Below are positions 1 through 8,941 of a DNA stretch of 52,413 nt, piece by piece (position 1 is the stretch's first letter; each line of letters begins with the position of its first letter). Below the pieces are notes generated by a model. That model made no database searches. It was not told the origin of the DNA and saw only the letters and a list, made by a program, of their open reading frames with translations. The stretch lies in NCBI GenBank assembly GCA_028713145.1, contig JAQTOT010000001.1, positions 1 to 52,413 on the forward strand, read 5' to 3'. Source of the DNA: Methylococcales bacterium. Its GTDB lineage: Bacteria; Pseudomonadota; Gammaproteobacteria; Methylococcales; Methylomonadaceae. Made by a program: the position numbers and the translations under genes.

Positions 1-1
1 A

Positions 2-388
2 TTTAGTATTTTAGCGGTCGCTTTTATCGCTCTTTTGCTCGCTGTGATTTGGCTAAGTCGCTTAGTTTTGGCAAGCAAACGTGAATGCGCTAATTTAGCG
101 GCGATTGTGGATAGCAACAAAAACGATCTTTTCGGTTTATGTTCAGCGGCAATTACAGTAAATGAAACAACCGCTAAAACACATGAACAATTACATGAAT
201 TAAAGCAACAGCTTTCACACGTTGTTGATAAAGTTACCGAATTAGAACGCACGGATTTTGTGAACAGTGCTTATAACGTCGATATTCGCAAAATTCGTGA
301 CGGCGCAAATGCCGAAGATTTAATGAAACAATCCGAATTAAGTTATGACGAAGCGGCGTTACTCATTCGTTTGCACGGCAAAGCCTAA
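2..388 (+). CDS. DUF2802-like small membrane-anchored protein, 5' end probably at or beyond the window edge
   Basis: Frame is open to the window start. N-terminal hydrophobic helix (FSILAVAFIALLLAVIWL), a central coiled segment, and a C-terminal tail ...SYDEAALLIRLHGKA resembling the DUF2802 family as I remember it. Confidence 0.45.
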   Translation, partial: FSILAVAFIALLLAVIWLSRLVLASKRECANLAAIVDSNKNDLFGLCSAAITVNETTAKTHEQLHELKQQLSHVVDKVTELERTDFVNSAYNVDIRKIRDGANAEDLMKQSELSYDEAALLIRLHGKA

Positions 389-421
389 TTTCAAATAACC
401 TACTAACACAGAGAAATTATT

Positions 422-1465
422 GTGAATCAAGAAAACAAAAACGGTTTAAATTACAAAGACGCAGGCGTTGATATTGAAGCAGGAAACGCACTTGTTGAAC
501 GCATCAAACCGATTGCAGCAAAAACACGCATTCCAGGTGTAATGGCTGGTTTAGGCGGTTTTGGTTCTTTGTTTGAATTGCCGCTTGATAAATATAAAAA
601 TCCCGTTTTAGTTTCTGGTACGGATGGGGTTGGTACAAAACTGAAACTAGCGATTGATTCGGGGATTCATAACACCGTTGGCATTGATTTAGTGGCAATG
701 TGTGTGAACGATATTATTGTCCAAGGTGCAGAACCATTATTTTTCTTGGATTATTTTGCAACGGGAAAATTAGACGTAAATACAGCGGCTGCCGTGATTG
801 AAGGTATTGGCAAAGGTTGTGAACTCGCAGGCGCAGCGTTAGTGGGCGGTGAAACCGCAGAAATGCCAAATATGTATGCGGATGGCGATTACGATTTAGC
901 GGGTTTTTGCGTTGGGATTGTAGAAAAATCACAAATGCTCGATGGCAGTAAAGTGAAAGCGGGTGACAAACTTATCGGTTTAGCGTCATCAGGCGCACAT
1001 TCAAACGGTTATTCGTTGATTCGTAAAATTTTAGAACGCAGTGAATTGACCTTAGACGAACCTTTTGACGGTAAAACGCTCGGCGAAGCTTTACTTGCAC
1101 CGACCAAAATTTACGTTAAATCACTTTTAGCATTGTTGAAAAAAATAGACATTCATGCACTCGCTCACATTACAGGCGGTGGTTTAACAGAAAATTTACC
1201 GCGCGTTATCCCCGAAAATTTAAATGCTCAAATCAATTTGAAAGCGTGGCAATTCCCTGCAATTTTTGACTGGCTGCAAAGTAACGGTAACGTGTCACAA
1301 GCGGATATGTTAATTACGTTTAATTGCGGCGTTGGTATGGTCGTTTGCGTTGCGCCTGAAGATGAAGCGCAAACATTAAGTTTGCTTGCTGAATTAGGTG
1401 AAACGGCGTTTGTGATGGGCGAAATTGTTAGCGGTGAAGGTAAAGCAGAAGTTCGTTATAACTAA
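422..1465 (+). CDS. purM: phosphoribosylformylglycinamidine cyclo-ligase (AIR synthetase)
   Basis: 347 aa with a GTG start. Full-length PurM-like sequence ([37 protein letters not shown]). Confidence 0.95.
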   Translation: MNQENKNGLNYKDAGVDIEAGNALVERIKPIAAKTRIPGVMAGLGGFGSLFELPLDKYKNPVLVSGTDGVGTKLKLAIDSGIHNTVGIDLVAMCVNDIIVQGAEPLFFLDYFATGKLDVNTAAAVIEGIGKGCELAGAALVGGETAEMPNMYADGDYDLAGFCVGIVEKSQMLDGSKVKAGDKLIGLASSGAHSNGYSLIRKILERSELTLDEPFDGKTLGEALLAPTKIYVKSLLALLKKIDIHALAHITGGGLTENLPRVIPENLNAQINLKAWQFPAIFDWLQSNGNVSQADMLITFNCGVGMVVCVAPEDEAQTLSLLAELGETAFVMGEIVSGEGKAEVRYN

Positions 1466-1503
1466 AATTCTCCGTCGCATTACAAATTGTTGAGGAGTAA
1501 ATC

Positions 1504-2205
1504 ATGATTCCCATTCGAGACACCGCGCCTTGTAATCATCGCCCGATAATAACGTGGTCGATTATCGTCCTTTGCAGTGTCATTTTTGTGGCGATGTGGT
1601 TTGCTCCTGATAACCTCAGTTATCGTCTCATCAATCAATTTGGCATGGTGCCTATTCGTTCTTCAAATCCACAATGGGCAAAAGATTTTGGTTTACCAAA
1701 CGATTACGGCTTTTCTTTTATTAGCAATTTGTTTTTTCATGCGGATTGGCTGCATTTGTTAGCAAATATGTGGTTTTTAGCCATTTTTGGTGACAACATT
1801 GAATCACTGATGGGGCGTTGGCGTTTTTTGTTGTATTACCTTTGCTGCGGTGTGATTGCGACGTTTTTGCAATGGTATTTTACCCCTGATTTAGTGATTC
1901 CTGTTGTGGGTGCATCGGGGGCAATTGCTGGCGTTTTAGCCGCCTATTTCTTTTTATATCCACTTGAAAAAGTTATTTTGTGGATTCCCTTTATTTTTCC
2001 CATTTTATTTCCTGTTCCTGCGATTGCTTTTCTGGGCTTGTGGGTCATTATGCAATTGCACGATGCAACAACCGCCGCTTTTTTCACGCACCAAATGGCA
2101 AAAGTGGCTTGGTGGGCGCATTTAGGCGGCTTTATCGCAGGTTATTTTATTTATCCTTTCTTTTTGCGTGACGAACCTGTTGACGAACGCAATCCTGTTT
2201 TGTGA
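1504..2205 (+). CDS. rhomboid family intramembrane serine protease
   Basis: 233 aa, polytopic. HxxxN-like region (FFHADWLHLLANMWFL), catalytic GASGAIAGV motif and a downstream AHLGG histidine. Confidence 0.85.
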   Translation: MIPIRDTAPCNHRPIITWSIIVLCSVIFVAMWFAPDNLSYRLINQFGMVPIRSSNPQWAKDFGLPNDYGFSFISNLFFHADWLHLLANMWFLAIFGDNIESLMGRWRFLLYYLCCGVIATFLQWYFTPDLVIPVVGASGAIAGVLAAYFFLYPLEKVILWIPFIFPILFPVPAIAFLGLWVIMQLHDATTAAFFTHQMAKVAWWAHLGGFIAGYFIYPFFLRDEPVDERNPVL

Positions 2206-2218
2206 GATTTTTTAACAC

Positions 2219-3538
2219 ATGAATATCACCGTTTTTGGTAGTGGTTACGTTGGTTTAGTAACGGCAGCGTGTTTGGCTGAAGTAGGAAACGACGTTGTTT
2301 GCATGGACATTGACGCGGACAAAATTGCCAAGTTACAACAAGGTATCATTCCGATTTTTGAACATGGCTTAGAAGAAATGGTCAAAGAAAATCAGGCAAT
2401 GGAACGGTTGCGTTTTACCACAGACGTGAAAGAGGCGGTGGCTCACGGTTTATTTCAATTTATCGCTGTTGGCACACCGCCTGATGAAGATGGTTCAGCA
2501 GATTTGCAATACGTTTTAGCTGTCGCAAAAAACATTGCTGAAAACATGGACGATTATCGCGTTATCATTGACAAATCAACGGTTCCCGTTGGTACAGCAG
2601 ACAAAGTCAAAGCGAAAGTTCAAGCAATTTTAAATGAGCGTGGCAGCAATTTAGAATTTGACGTGGTGTCGAATCCTGAGTTTTTAAAAGAAGGGGCAGC
2701 GTTAAATGATTTTATGAAACCTGACCGAATCATTATTGGCACGGACAATCCACGCACAGCTGAATTATTGAAAGCTCTGTACGCGCCATTTAATCGACGT
2801 ACTGATCGTATTATTTCAATGGATGTGCGCTCAGCCGAACTGACAAAATATGCAGCCAATGCCATGTTGGCAACAAAAATCAGTTTTATGAATGAGCTGG
2901 CAAATCTTGCTGAATACTTAGGTGCAGACATTGAACATGTTCGTCATGGAATTGGCTCTGACAGTCGAATTGGCAACAGTTTTATTTATGCAGGTTGTGG
3001 TTATGGCGGTTCGTGTTTTCCAAAAGATGTGAAAGCCTTAGAACGAACTGCTTACGAAATGGGTTACAAAGCAGAATTATTAACTGCTGTTGAAAATGTT
3101 AATAACCGTCAAAAACAACGGTTGTTTGAAAAAATAGTCGCGCATTACAACGGCGAATTGACGGGTAAAGTATTTGCACTTTGGGGGCTTGCGTTTAAAC
3201 CTGAAACTGATGATATGCGCGAAGCTCCAAGTCGCGTGTTAATCAGTGCTTTACTTGAAGCAGGTGCAAGTATTCAAGCCTACGACCCCGAAGCTATGAA
3301 TGAAGCGCGACGTTTGTATGGTGAAAACTCGCACATTCGTTTTTGTGATTCGGCAAAAGAAGCGTTAAATGGCGCGAATGCGTTAGCAATCGTGACCGAA
3401 TGGAAGCAATTTTCAAGTCCAAATTTTGGGCGTATGAGTGAGTTATTACTGGACAGAGTTATTTTCGATGGGCGAAATTTATATGAACCAGCGACCGTAA
3501 AAAGCTACGGTTTAACGTATCATGCAATCGGTCGGTAA
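2219..3538 (+). CDS. ugd: UDP-glucose 6-dehydrogenase
   Basis: 439 aa. N-terminal Rossmann motif [10 protein letters not shown], catalytic-Cys region GGSCFPKD, family-typical length. Confidence 0.9.
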   Translation: MNITVFGSGYVGLVTAACLAEVGNDVVCMDIDADKIAKLQQGIIPIFEHGLEEMVKENQAMERLRFTTDVKEAVAHGLFQFIAVGTPPDEDGSADLQYVLAVAKNIAENMDDYRVIIDKSTVPVGTADKVKAKVQAILNERGSNLEFDVVSNPEFLKEGAALNDFMKPDRIIIGTDNPRTAELLKALYAPFNRRTDRIISMDVRSAELTKYAANAMLATKISFMNELANLAEYLGADIEHVRHGIGSDSRIGNSFIYAGCGYGGSCFPKDVKALERTAYEMGYKAELLTAVENVNNRQKQRLFEKIVAHYNGELTGKVFALWGLAFKPETDDMREAPSRVLISALLEAGASIQAYDPEAMNEARRLYGENSHIRFCDSAKEALNGANALAIVTEWKQFSSPNFGRMSELLLDRVIFDGRNLYEPATVKSYGLTYHAIGR

Positions 3539-3561
3539 TTCTTACAAAAAAGGAATCAAAA

Positions 3562-4089
3562 ATGATGAAAACTAAAATTGCTCTTTTCGTTTTGCTGACA
3601 GGTTTAACAACTGCTTGTTTTGCCCAAATTTTTTACAGCAAAACGGAAGCCTTAGAACTCGCTTTTGGCAAAGCAACTATCGAAAATTTATCGCTTTTCC
3701 CCGATGAAGCACAATCGGCAAAAATTCAACAACTTGCCAAAACGAAGTTGGAATCGGGCTTATTTACGTTTTATGTCGGTAAAGAAAATGGCAAAGTTTT
3801 AGGTTACGCCGCAATTGAAAGTGAAACGGTACGAACAAAACCCGAAACAGTGATGATTTTGCTTACGCCTGAAGGCGAATTAAAAAGCGTCACGATTTTG
3901 GCATTTCATGAACCGCCTGAATATATGCCACCTGCACGCTGGTTTGAATCACTTGCAAAACGGTCGCTTGAGGAAATGGATTTTTCCAAAGGTGTTGATG
4001 GTGTTTCAGGCGCAACGTTAAGCACTCGTTCAGCGTTAAATAGCACGCGAAAAGTGATGGCAATTTATCAAGTGATGGTCAAAAAATAA
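3562..4089 (+). CDS. exported FMN-binding domain protein with a putative covalent flavinylation site
   Basis: 175 aa with SD AAGGAA upstream. N-terminal signal or lipoprotein-like peptide. C-terminal VDGVSGATLSTRS matches the D-G-x-S-G-A-T motif flavinylated in NqrC/RnfG-type FMN_bind domains. Confidence 0.7.
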   Translation: MMKTKIALFVLLTGLTTACFAQIFYSKTEALELAFGKATIENLSLFPDEAQSAKIQQLAKTKLESGLFTFYVGKENGKVLGYAAIESETVRTKPETVMILLTPEGELKSVTILAFHEPPEYMPPARWFESLAKRSLEEMDFSKGVDGVSGATLSTRSALNSTRKVMAIYQVMVKK

Positions 4090-4586
4090 TGCGTTATTTT
4101 GCAAGTGGTGAGCAACAACGAAAACTGTTACTCAATGCGCTAGTTTTAATGTTTTTGGCGTATATGCTTTTGCAATGTGTGAGCAATGCGCTGATGTATT
4201 TTCACCGCATGGATTTAACATTTGATTCGGTTGTAACGTATTACAACGGCAACGAAGAACAATTTATTCCTGCTAAAAGTTACGACGGAATGCTTGAAGT
4301 GTTGCATTTTCATTTGTTTTCGATGGGAATGCTTGCGGTCACACTGACGCATTTAATGCTCATGACTGACTTTTCTGTTCGTTTAAAAATTTGGCTCAGT
4401 TCCCTCACTTATTTTTCTGCCATTGCCGAAGAACTCGCAGGTTGGTTAGTTCGGTTTGTTCATCCGCAATTTGCCTATTTTAAAATTGCGACTTTTCTCA
4501 CTTTAGAATTGTCATTATTTGCGTTAATCGTTACAGTGTCATGGTCGCTTGTTAAAGCTCGAATCAATATGAAAAAAACGGCTTAA
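4089..4586 (+). CDS. 4-TM membrane protein of unknown function, translationally coupled to the FMN-binding protein
   Basis: 165 aa. TAATG stop/start overlap with the upstream gene. Four hydrophobic helices with conserved-looking His residues (YFHRM, LHFHLFSMG, LTHLM). Confidence 0.6.
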   Translation: MRYFASGEQQRKLLLNALVLMFLAYMLLQCVSNALMYFHRMDLTFDSVVTYYNGNEEQFIPAKSYDGMLEVLHFHLFSMGMLAVTLTHLMLMTDFSVRLKIWLSSLTYFSAIAEELAGWLVRFVHPQFAYFKIATFLTLELSLFALIVTVSWSLVKARINMKKTA

Positions 4587-4595
4587 CTTCGGTTT

Positions 4596-4615
4596 ATTAC
4601 TCTCGATTACTCTCG
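4596..4615. repeat. tandem 2 x 10 bp direct repeat (attactctcg attactctcg) in an intergenic spacer
   Basis: Read directly from the sequence. Confidence 0.9.
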
Positions 4616-4631
4616 CTTGTAGGTTCAAATT

Positions 4632-5033
4632 ATGAAAACAAAATTAGTGGTTTTTAGCATTGCGTTACTTTTACCTTTTAGCGTAAATGCGGATAGATAT
4701 GGACATCATGGCAATTATCGCGGACATTCAACTCATCATGGGCATGGCAATAGTTGGATTGCACCAGCCATTATTGGCGGTGTGATTGCAGGCACGGCAC
4801 TTTATGGTGCAACGCAAGAGAGAGAACCTGTTGATGACAGATATTATCGTCGTCCATTAACATCGCAAGAAATTCGAGAAGAGCAATTAAGGCAGCGTGA
4901 AATCGAACTTGAACGCCGCGAACATGAACTTTACGAGCGGCAAAGTCGGACGCGAGGTTATGACGACGATAATTGCAAAGAGTATTACCGTGACGATGGG
5001 CATTCGAGTTATTACTCAAGAAATTGCTGGTAG
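4632..5033 (+). CDS. secreted or membrane His-rich protein with a glycine-zipper segment and a charged Arg/Glu helix
   Basis: 133 aa. Signal peptide ending ...SVNA|D, then a His/Gly-rich stretch DRYGHHGNYRGHSTHHGHGN, hydrophobic IAPAIIGGVIAGTALYG, an RE-rich coil and a C-terminal Cys pair. Confidence 0.55.
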   Translation: MKTKLVVFSIALLLPFSVNADRYGHHGNYRGHSTHHGHGNSWIAPAIIGGVIAGTALYGATQEREPVDDRYYRRPLTSQEIREEQLRQREIELERREHELYERQSRTRGYDDDNCKEYYRDDGHSSYYSRNCW

Positions 5034-5037
5034 ACAC

Positions 5038-5078
5038 AAAAAAGGATAACGATTCAGGGGGAAGCGTTATCCTTTTCG
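5038..5078. terminator. bidirectional rho-independent terminator between convergent genes
   Basis: Stem aaggataacg / cgttatcctt of 10 bp, flanked by an A-run and a T-run. Confidence 0.8.
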
Positions 5079-5082
5079 TATT

Positions 5083-5274
5083 TTAGTGTGCGAGTTTTTC
5101 TTTCGCTTTTTCGGCTAAGTCATCAATAACCGAATGTTCATGCTGCGGATGTTCAAAATCCCCAAATGGTTCGCCGTCTTTTTTCATGTAGTTGTAAATA
5201 AAATACCCCAATGGCAGGAATGCCACTGTTGCAATAACCAACATAAAAATCGTAATTTCAATGATTGTACCCAT
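5083..5274 (-). CDS. small single-TM membrane protein with an acidic/His C-terminal tail
   Basis: 63 aa with a strong SD (AAGGAGA, 7 nt before the ATG). TM helix IEITIFMLVIATVAFLPLGYFIY, then a tail FEHPQHEHSVIDD. Confidence 0.6.
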   Translation of the reverse strand: MGTIIEITIFMLVIATVAFLPLGYFIYNYMKKDGEPFGDFEHPQHEHSVIDDLAEKAKEKLAH

Positions 5275-5448
5275 GTTTCATTCTCCTTCTTGTAGAGTAT
5301 TGTTCTTATTTTAGGCAAAGCGATAGTACACGTTTTTTTCGAGAATAAAAATATGAAATATATCCTCATCTATCGTATTAGTTTTCAAAACTAAACAAAG
5401 CTAAACGCGCTTGAATCAGTTAGCGTGAATCCGCCGTAATACGCCCTT

Positions 5449-5495
5449 CGTAACATCAGTTAAAACATATCAATCAGTATTTAACTGATGTTACG
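5449..5495. repeat. perfect 16-bp inverted repeat with a 15-nt loop, in the long lon upstream region
   Basis: cgtaacatcagttaaa ... tttaactgatgttacg. No adjacent T-run on either strand, so it is not a classical terminator. Confidence 0.85.
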
Positions 5496-5761
5496 CAGCC
5501 TGAAGTTTAGTCAATTCAGCATAAGCCATTTGAGTTGTGCGAATAAGTAGCTTTGCTCGCAAGGTAAAATGGTTGCGCTGATGTTTAATTTTCAAACATT
5601 CCAATTTGAAGAATCTATAAATCGACATGAAAACGTGATTGTTTTGTGTTGTCATCGTGTAAATGAGTGATTTGGAGAATCTTCATTTTTTGCCAAATCA
5701 GAATTGTGATTTTATTCACGTCGTTATGAACGTGTAATATCTGTTAATGAATGAAATACGT

Positions 5762-5790
5762 CTTGTTTTTCAGCGAAAATCCCCCCATAG
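5762..5790 (+). promoter_or_regulatory. sigma32 (heat-shock) type promoter for lon
   Basis: CTTGTTT-N14-CCCCATAG, compared with consensus CTTGAAA-N13/14-CCCCATNT. It lies about 55 nt upstream of the lon ATG. Confidence 0.55.
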
Positions 5791-5845
5791 TTTCTCTAAC
5801 TTTTTATTTCACTTTTTTATTTCTATTTCTTAATACGGTAACAAT

Positions 5846-8254
5846 ATGACTGAATCATTAACGCTCATTCCCGTACTGCCATTGCGTGACGTGGTGGTTT
5901 ATCCAAATATGGTCATTCCACTTTTTGTGGGGCGTGATCAATCTATCGACGCGCTTAATAATGCGATTAAAGACAACAATCAAGTGCTACTTGTTGCACA
6001 AAAAACACCTGACGTTGATGCGCCTGAAATCGAAGATTTGTACAAAGTCGGTACGCTTTCAAATATGTTGCAAATGTTAAAACTTCCAGATGGCACGGTA
6101 AAAGTGTTAATGGAAGGCGATCAGCGTTGCATTGTGCGCGGTTACGAGCGGCAAAATGGTTTTTTGTGTGCGCGAATTGAAACGGTCGATGAAACCTACA
6201 AAATGCCGAAAAAGGAAAAAAAGGTTTTAGAAAATACCGCGCTAAATTCTTTTGAAAGTTACGTTAAACACAATAATAAAATTCCGCCTGAAGTGATAAA
6301 TGCGCTCAATGAAATTGATGATGCGAGCCGTTTTGCTGACACGATGGCGGCACACATGAATTTAAAAGTGGCTGATAAACAATCGCTTTTAGAAACTTTC
6401 GATGTTGGCAAGCGTTTAGAATCGCTGCTTGCGTTTATGGAAGGCGAGGTCGATTTGTTTGAGACCGAGAAAAAAATTCGGATTCGCGTCAAAGAACAAA
6501 TGGATAAAAATCAGCGCGAATACTATTTAAATGAACAAATCAAAGCGATTCACAAAGAATTAGGTGAAACGGATGAGACTGAAACAGAAATTGATTTGCT
6601 CACCAAAAAAATTGACGAAGCTCAAATGCCTGAAGAAGCAAAAACGAAAGCATTGGACGAGTTGAAGAAACTCAAGCAAATGTCGCCAATGTCTGCTGAA
6701 TCGGCGGTTGTGCGTAATTATATTGAATGGCTCACAAATGTGCCGTGGTATAAAACAACTGAAGTTCAAAAAGAACTCGCCGCAGCAGAAGCCATTTTGA
6801 ATGAAGAGCATTTTGGTTTAGAAAAAGTCAAAGAACGTATTCTGGAATATCTCGCCGTGCAACAGCGTGTTGATAAATTAAAAGGCGCGATTTTGTGTTT
6901 GGTTGGTCCTCCAGGGGTGGGTAAAACGTCGCTTGGTGAGTCGATTGCACGCGCAACGAATCGTACTTACGTTCGTATGGCGTTAGGTGGTGTGCGTGAT
7001 GAAGCTGAAATTCGTGGACATCGTCGCACTTATATTGGCGCGATGCCTGGGAAAATCATACAAAATTTGTCGAAAGTCAAAGTGAAAAATCCGCTCTTTT
7101 TACTCGATGAAATCGATAAAATGACTACTGATATGCGTGGCGACCCTGCGTCAGCGTTGCTTGAAGTTTTAGACCCTGAGCAAAATAACGCTTTTGTTGA
7201 TCATTATTTAGATGTTGATGTTGATTTGTCAGACGTAATGTTTGTTGCAACGGCAAATAGTATGGATATTCCGCCCGCGTTACTCGACAGAATGGAAGTG
7301 ATTCGTTTAGAGGGTTATACCGAAGACGAAAAAATTAACATTGCCATGCGTTATTTGATTCCAAAACAAATCAAAGAAAACGGCTTGAAAGCAAAAGAAA
7401 TCGACATTGCCGAAGACGCTGTGCGCGATATGATTCGTTACTATTCGCGCGAAGCAGGCGTGCGAAATTTAGAGCGTGACGTATCGAAAATTTGCCGTAA
7501 AGTGGTGAAAGATTTACTACTTAAACCGCGTAAAACCAAAGTCAAAATCACGACGAAAAATTTGAGCGATTATTTAGGTGTGCGTCGTTACAGTTACGGT
7601 TTAGCAGAAGAAAAAGACCAAATTGGTTGTGTGACTGGCTTGGCTTGGACTTCGGTCGGCGGTGAATTGCTCACGATTGAAACGGCGGTCATCAACGGAA
7701 AAGGGAAATACTCAACGACAGGGAAGTTAGGTGACGTGATGAAAGAATCGATTGCCGCAGCGATGACGGTGGTTCGTAGTCGCGCTGAAGTTTTCGGTAT
7801 TGAAGATGAAGCCTTCCAAAACAAAGATATTCACATTCACGTTCCAGAAGGTGCTACGCCAAAAGATGGCCCGAGCGCGGGAATTGGAATGTGTACCGCG
7901 ATTATGTCAGCACTTACAAAAATTCCTGTGAAAGCGTCAGTTGCGATGACAGGGGAAATCACATTGCGTGGCGAAGTTTTAGCGATTGGTGGCTTAAAAG
8001 AGAAGTTACTTGCGGCGCATCGTGGCGGAATTACGACCGTGATTATTCCTAAAGAGAACGAAAAAGATTTAGTCGAAATTCCTGATAACATTAAACAAAA
8101 TTTAACGATTAAGCCTGTACGCTGGATTGATGAAGTGTTAGAAATTGCGTTGCAATATCAACCCGTTCCGCGCCAACCGATTGAAATTGATTTGACCGAT
8201 AAACCCAAAATTGAATCGTCGAAAAAAAATTCACCGCGTGTAACGGCACATTAA
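5846..8254 (+). CDS. lon: ATP-dependent Lon protease
   Basis: 802 aa. LON N-terminal domain, Walker [10 protein letters not shown], catalytic PKDGPSAG serine motif. Confidence 0.97.
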   Translation: MTESLTLIPVLPLRDVVVYPNMVIPLFVGRDQSIDALNNAIKDNNQVLLVAQKTPDVDAPEIEDLYKVGTLSNMLQMLKLPDGTVKVLMEGDQRCIVRGYERQNGFLCARIETVDETYKMPKKEKKVLENTALNSFESYVKHNNKIPPEVINALNEIDDASRFADTMAAHMNLKVADKQSLLETFDVGKRLESLLAFMEGEVDLFETEKKIRIRVKEQMDKNQREYYLNEQIKAIHKELGETDETETEIDLLTKKIDEAQMPEEAKTKALDELKKLKQMSPMSAESAVVRNYIEWLTNVPWYKTTEVQKELAAAEAILNEEHFGLEKVKERILEYLAVQQRVDKLKGAILCLVGPPGVGKTSLGESIARATNRTYVRMALGGVRDEAEIRGHRRTYIGAMPGKIIQNLSKVKVKNPLFLLDEIDKMTTDMRGDPASALLEVLDPEQNNAFVDHYLDVDVDLSDVMFVATANSMDIPPALLDRMEVIRLEGYTEDEKINIAMRYLIPKQIKENGLKAKEIDIAEDAVRDMIRYYSREAGVRNLERDVSKICRKVVKDLLLKPRKTKVKITTKNLSDYLGVRRYSYGLAEEKDQIGCVTGLAWTSVGGELLTIETAVINGKGKYSTTGKLGDVMKESIAAAMTVVRSRAEVFGIEDEAFQNKDIHIHVPEGATPKDGPSAGIGMCTAIMSALTKIPVKASVAMTGEITLRGEVLAIGGLKEKLLAAHRGGITTVIIPKENEKDLVEIPDNIKQNLTIKPVRWIDEVLEIALQYQPVPRQPIEIDLTDKPKIESSKKNSPRVTAH

Positions 8255-8300
8255 AATCCGTGCAGGCTAGATAATTCAAAGTCTGTAACGGCTTTATTCC

Positions 8301-8329
8301 TTGACAGGGTTAGCGCGGCGTTTTATAAA
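8301..8329 (+). promoter_or_regulatory. sigma70-type promoter for hupB
   Basis: TTGACA-N17-TATAAA. Confidence 0.55.
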
Positions 8330-8416
8330 TATGCCGCGTTTCAAGTGGTTAGAAACGAGTAAATACGGCATTTTGCTAACTATAAATTTAAAAATAAAAC
8401 TTCCTTAGGGGGAATG

Positions 8417-8689
8417 ATGAATAAATCGGAATTGATCAGTGAAATCGCAGAATCTGCAAAATTAACAAAAGCGGACGCTGGACGTGCATTAGATGGCTTT
8501 ATTGCGGCAGTGACAAAAGCATTATCGGCAAACGATGCGGTCGCTTTAGTCGGTTTTGGCACCTTTTCTGTGAAAGAAAGAGCAGAGCGCAAAGGGCGTA
8601 ATCCGCAGTCTGGAGAGGAAATTACGATTAAAGCAGCAAAAACTCCAACATTTAAAGCTGGTAAATCGTTAAAAGATGCTGTAAACTAG
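8417..8689 (+). CDS. hupB: DNA-binding protein HU-beta
   Basis: 90 aa from the second ATG (MNKSELI...); an ATG 3 nt upstream (8414) is an alternative start. [24 protein letters not shown] arm region typical of HU. Confidence 0.93.
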   Translation: MNKSELISEIAESAKLTKADAGRALDGFIAAVTKALSANDAVALVGFGTFSVKERAERKGRNPQSGEEITIKAAKTPTFKAGKSLKDAVN

Positions 8690-8702
8690 TTTCTATCAAG
8701 TC

Positions 8703-8778
8703 GGGTGCTTAGCTCAGCTGGTAGAGCATCGCCCTTACAAGGCGAGGGTCGGGGGTTCGAACCCCTCAGCACCCACCA
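8703..8778 (+). tRNA. tRNA-Val (anticodon TAC)
   Basis: 76 nt. I folded the cloverleaf by hand: acceptor GGGTGCT/AGCACCC, anticodon loop CTTACAA, T-loop GGTTCGAAC, encoded CCA. Confidence 0.92.
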
Positions 8779-8785
8779 CGACTTT

Positions 8786-8862
8786 GGAGTGGTAGTTCAG
8801 TTGGTTAGAATACCGGCCTGTCACGCCGGTGGTCGCGGGTTCGAGTCCCGTCCGCTTCGCCA
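8786..8862 (+). tRNA. tRNA-Asp (anticodon GTC)
   Basis: 77 nt. GGAGTGGTAGTTCAG...CCTGTCACG...GGTTCGAGTCCCG...GCCA, near identical to canonical gammaproteobacterial tRNA-Asp. Confidence 0.92.
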
Positions 8863-8871
8863 ATATCTAAA

Positions 8872-8905
8872 AAACCTCGAACCTTTGGGTTCGAGGTTTT
8901 TTTTT
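8872..8905 (+). terminator. rho-independent terminator after the hupB-tRNA unit
   Basis: cctcgaacc-ttt-gggttcgagg stem followed by a T9 run. Confidence 0.85.
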
Positions 8906-8941
8906 GCTTACTAACAATGCGTTTTTTGAGGTAGCCCTTTT

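Noticed and set aside
4596-4615. Tandem attactctcg repeat as a possible CRISPR or VNTR
   Set aside because: There are only two 10-bp copies with no spacer architecture, which is too small to be a CRISPR array. I recorded it as a simple repeat.
5184-5369. 61-aa minus-strand ORF overlapping the 63-aa membrane-protein gene
   Set aside because: It is an alternative frame over a gene that has a strong SD. It also runs through that SD and promoter region and has low-complexity content.
5491-5628. 45-codon basic ORF on the minus strand in the lon upstream region
   Set aside because: It has no Shine-Dalgarno sequence and no recognisable family. I mention it only as context for the inverted-repeat finding.
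8705-8914. 69-aa ORF in the track
   Set aside because: It lies entirely over tRNA-Val, tRNA-Asp and their terminator, so it is a translation artefact of structured RNA genes.
8703-8940. tRNA-Val/tRNA-Asp locus as a possible genomic-island integration site
   Set aside because: The tRNAs are followed at once by a terminator and the syntenic ppiD. I found no integrase, no direct repeat of a tRNA 3' end and no obviously foreign gene content nearby.
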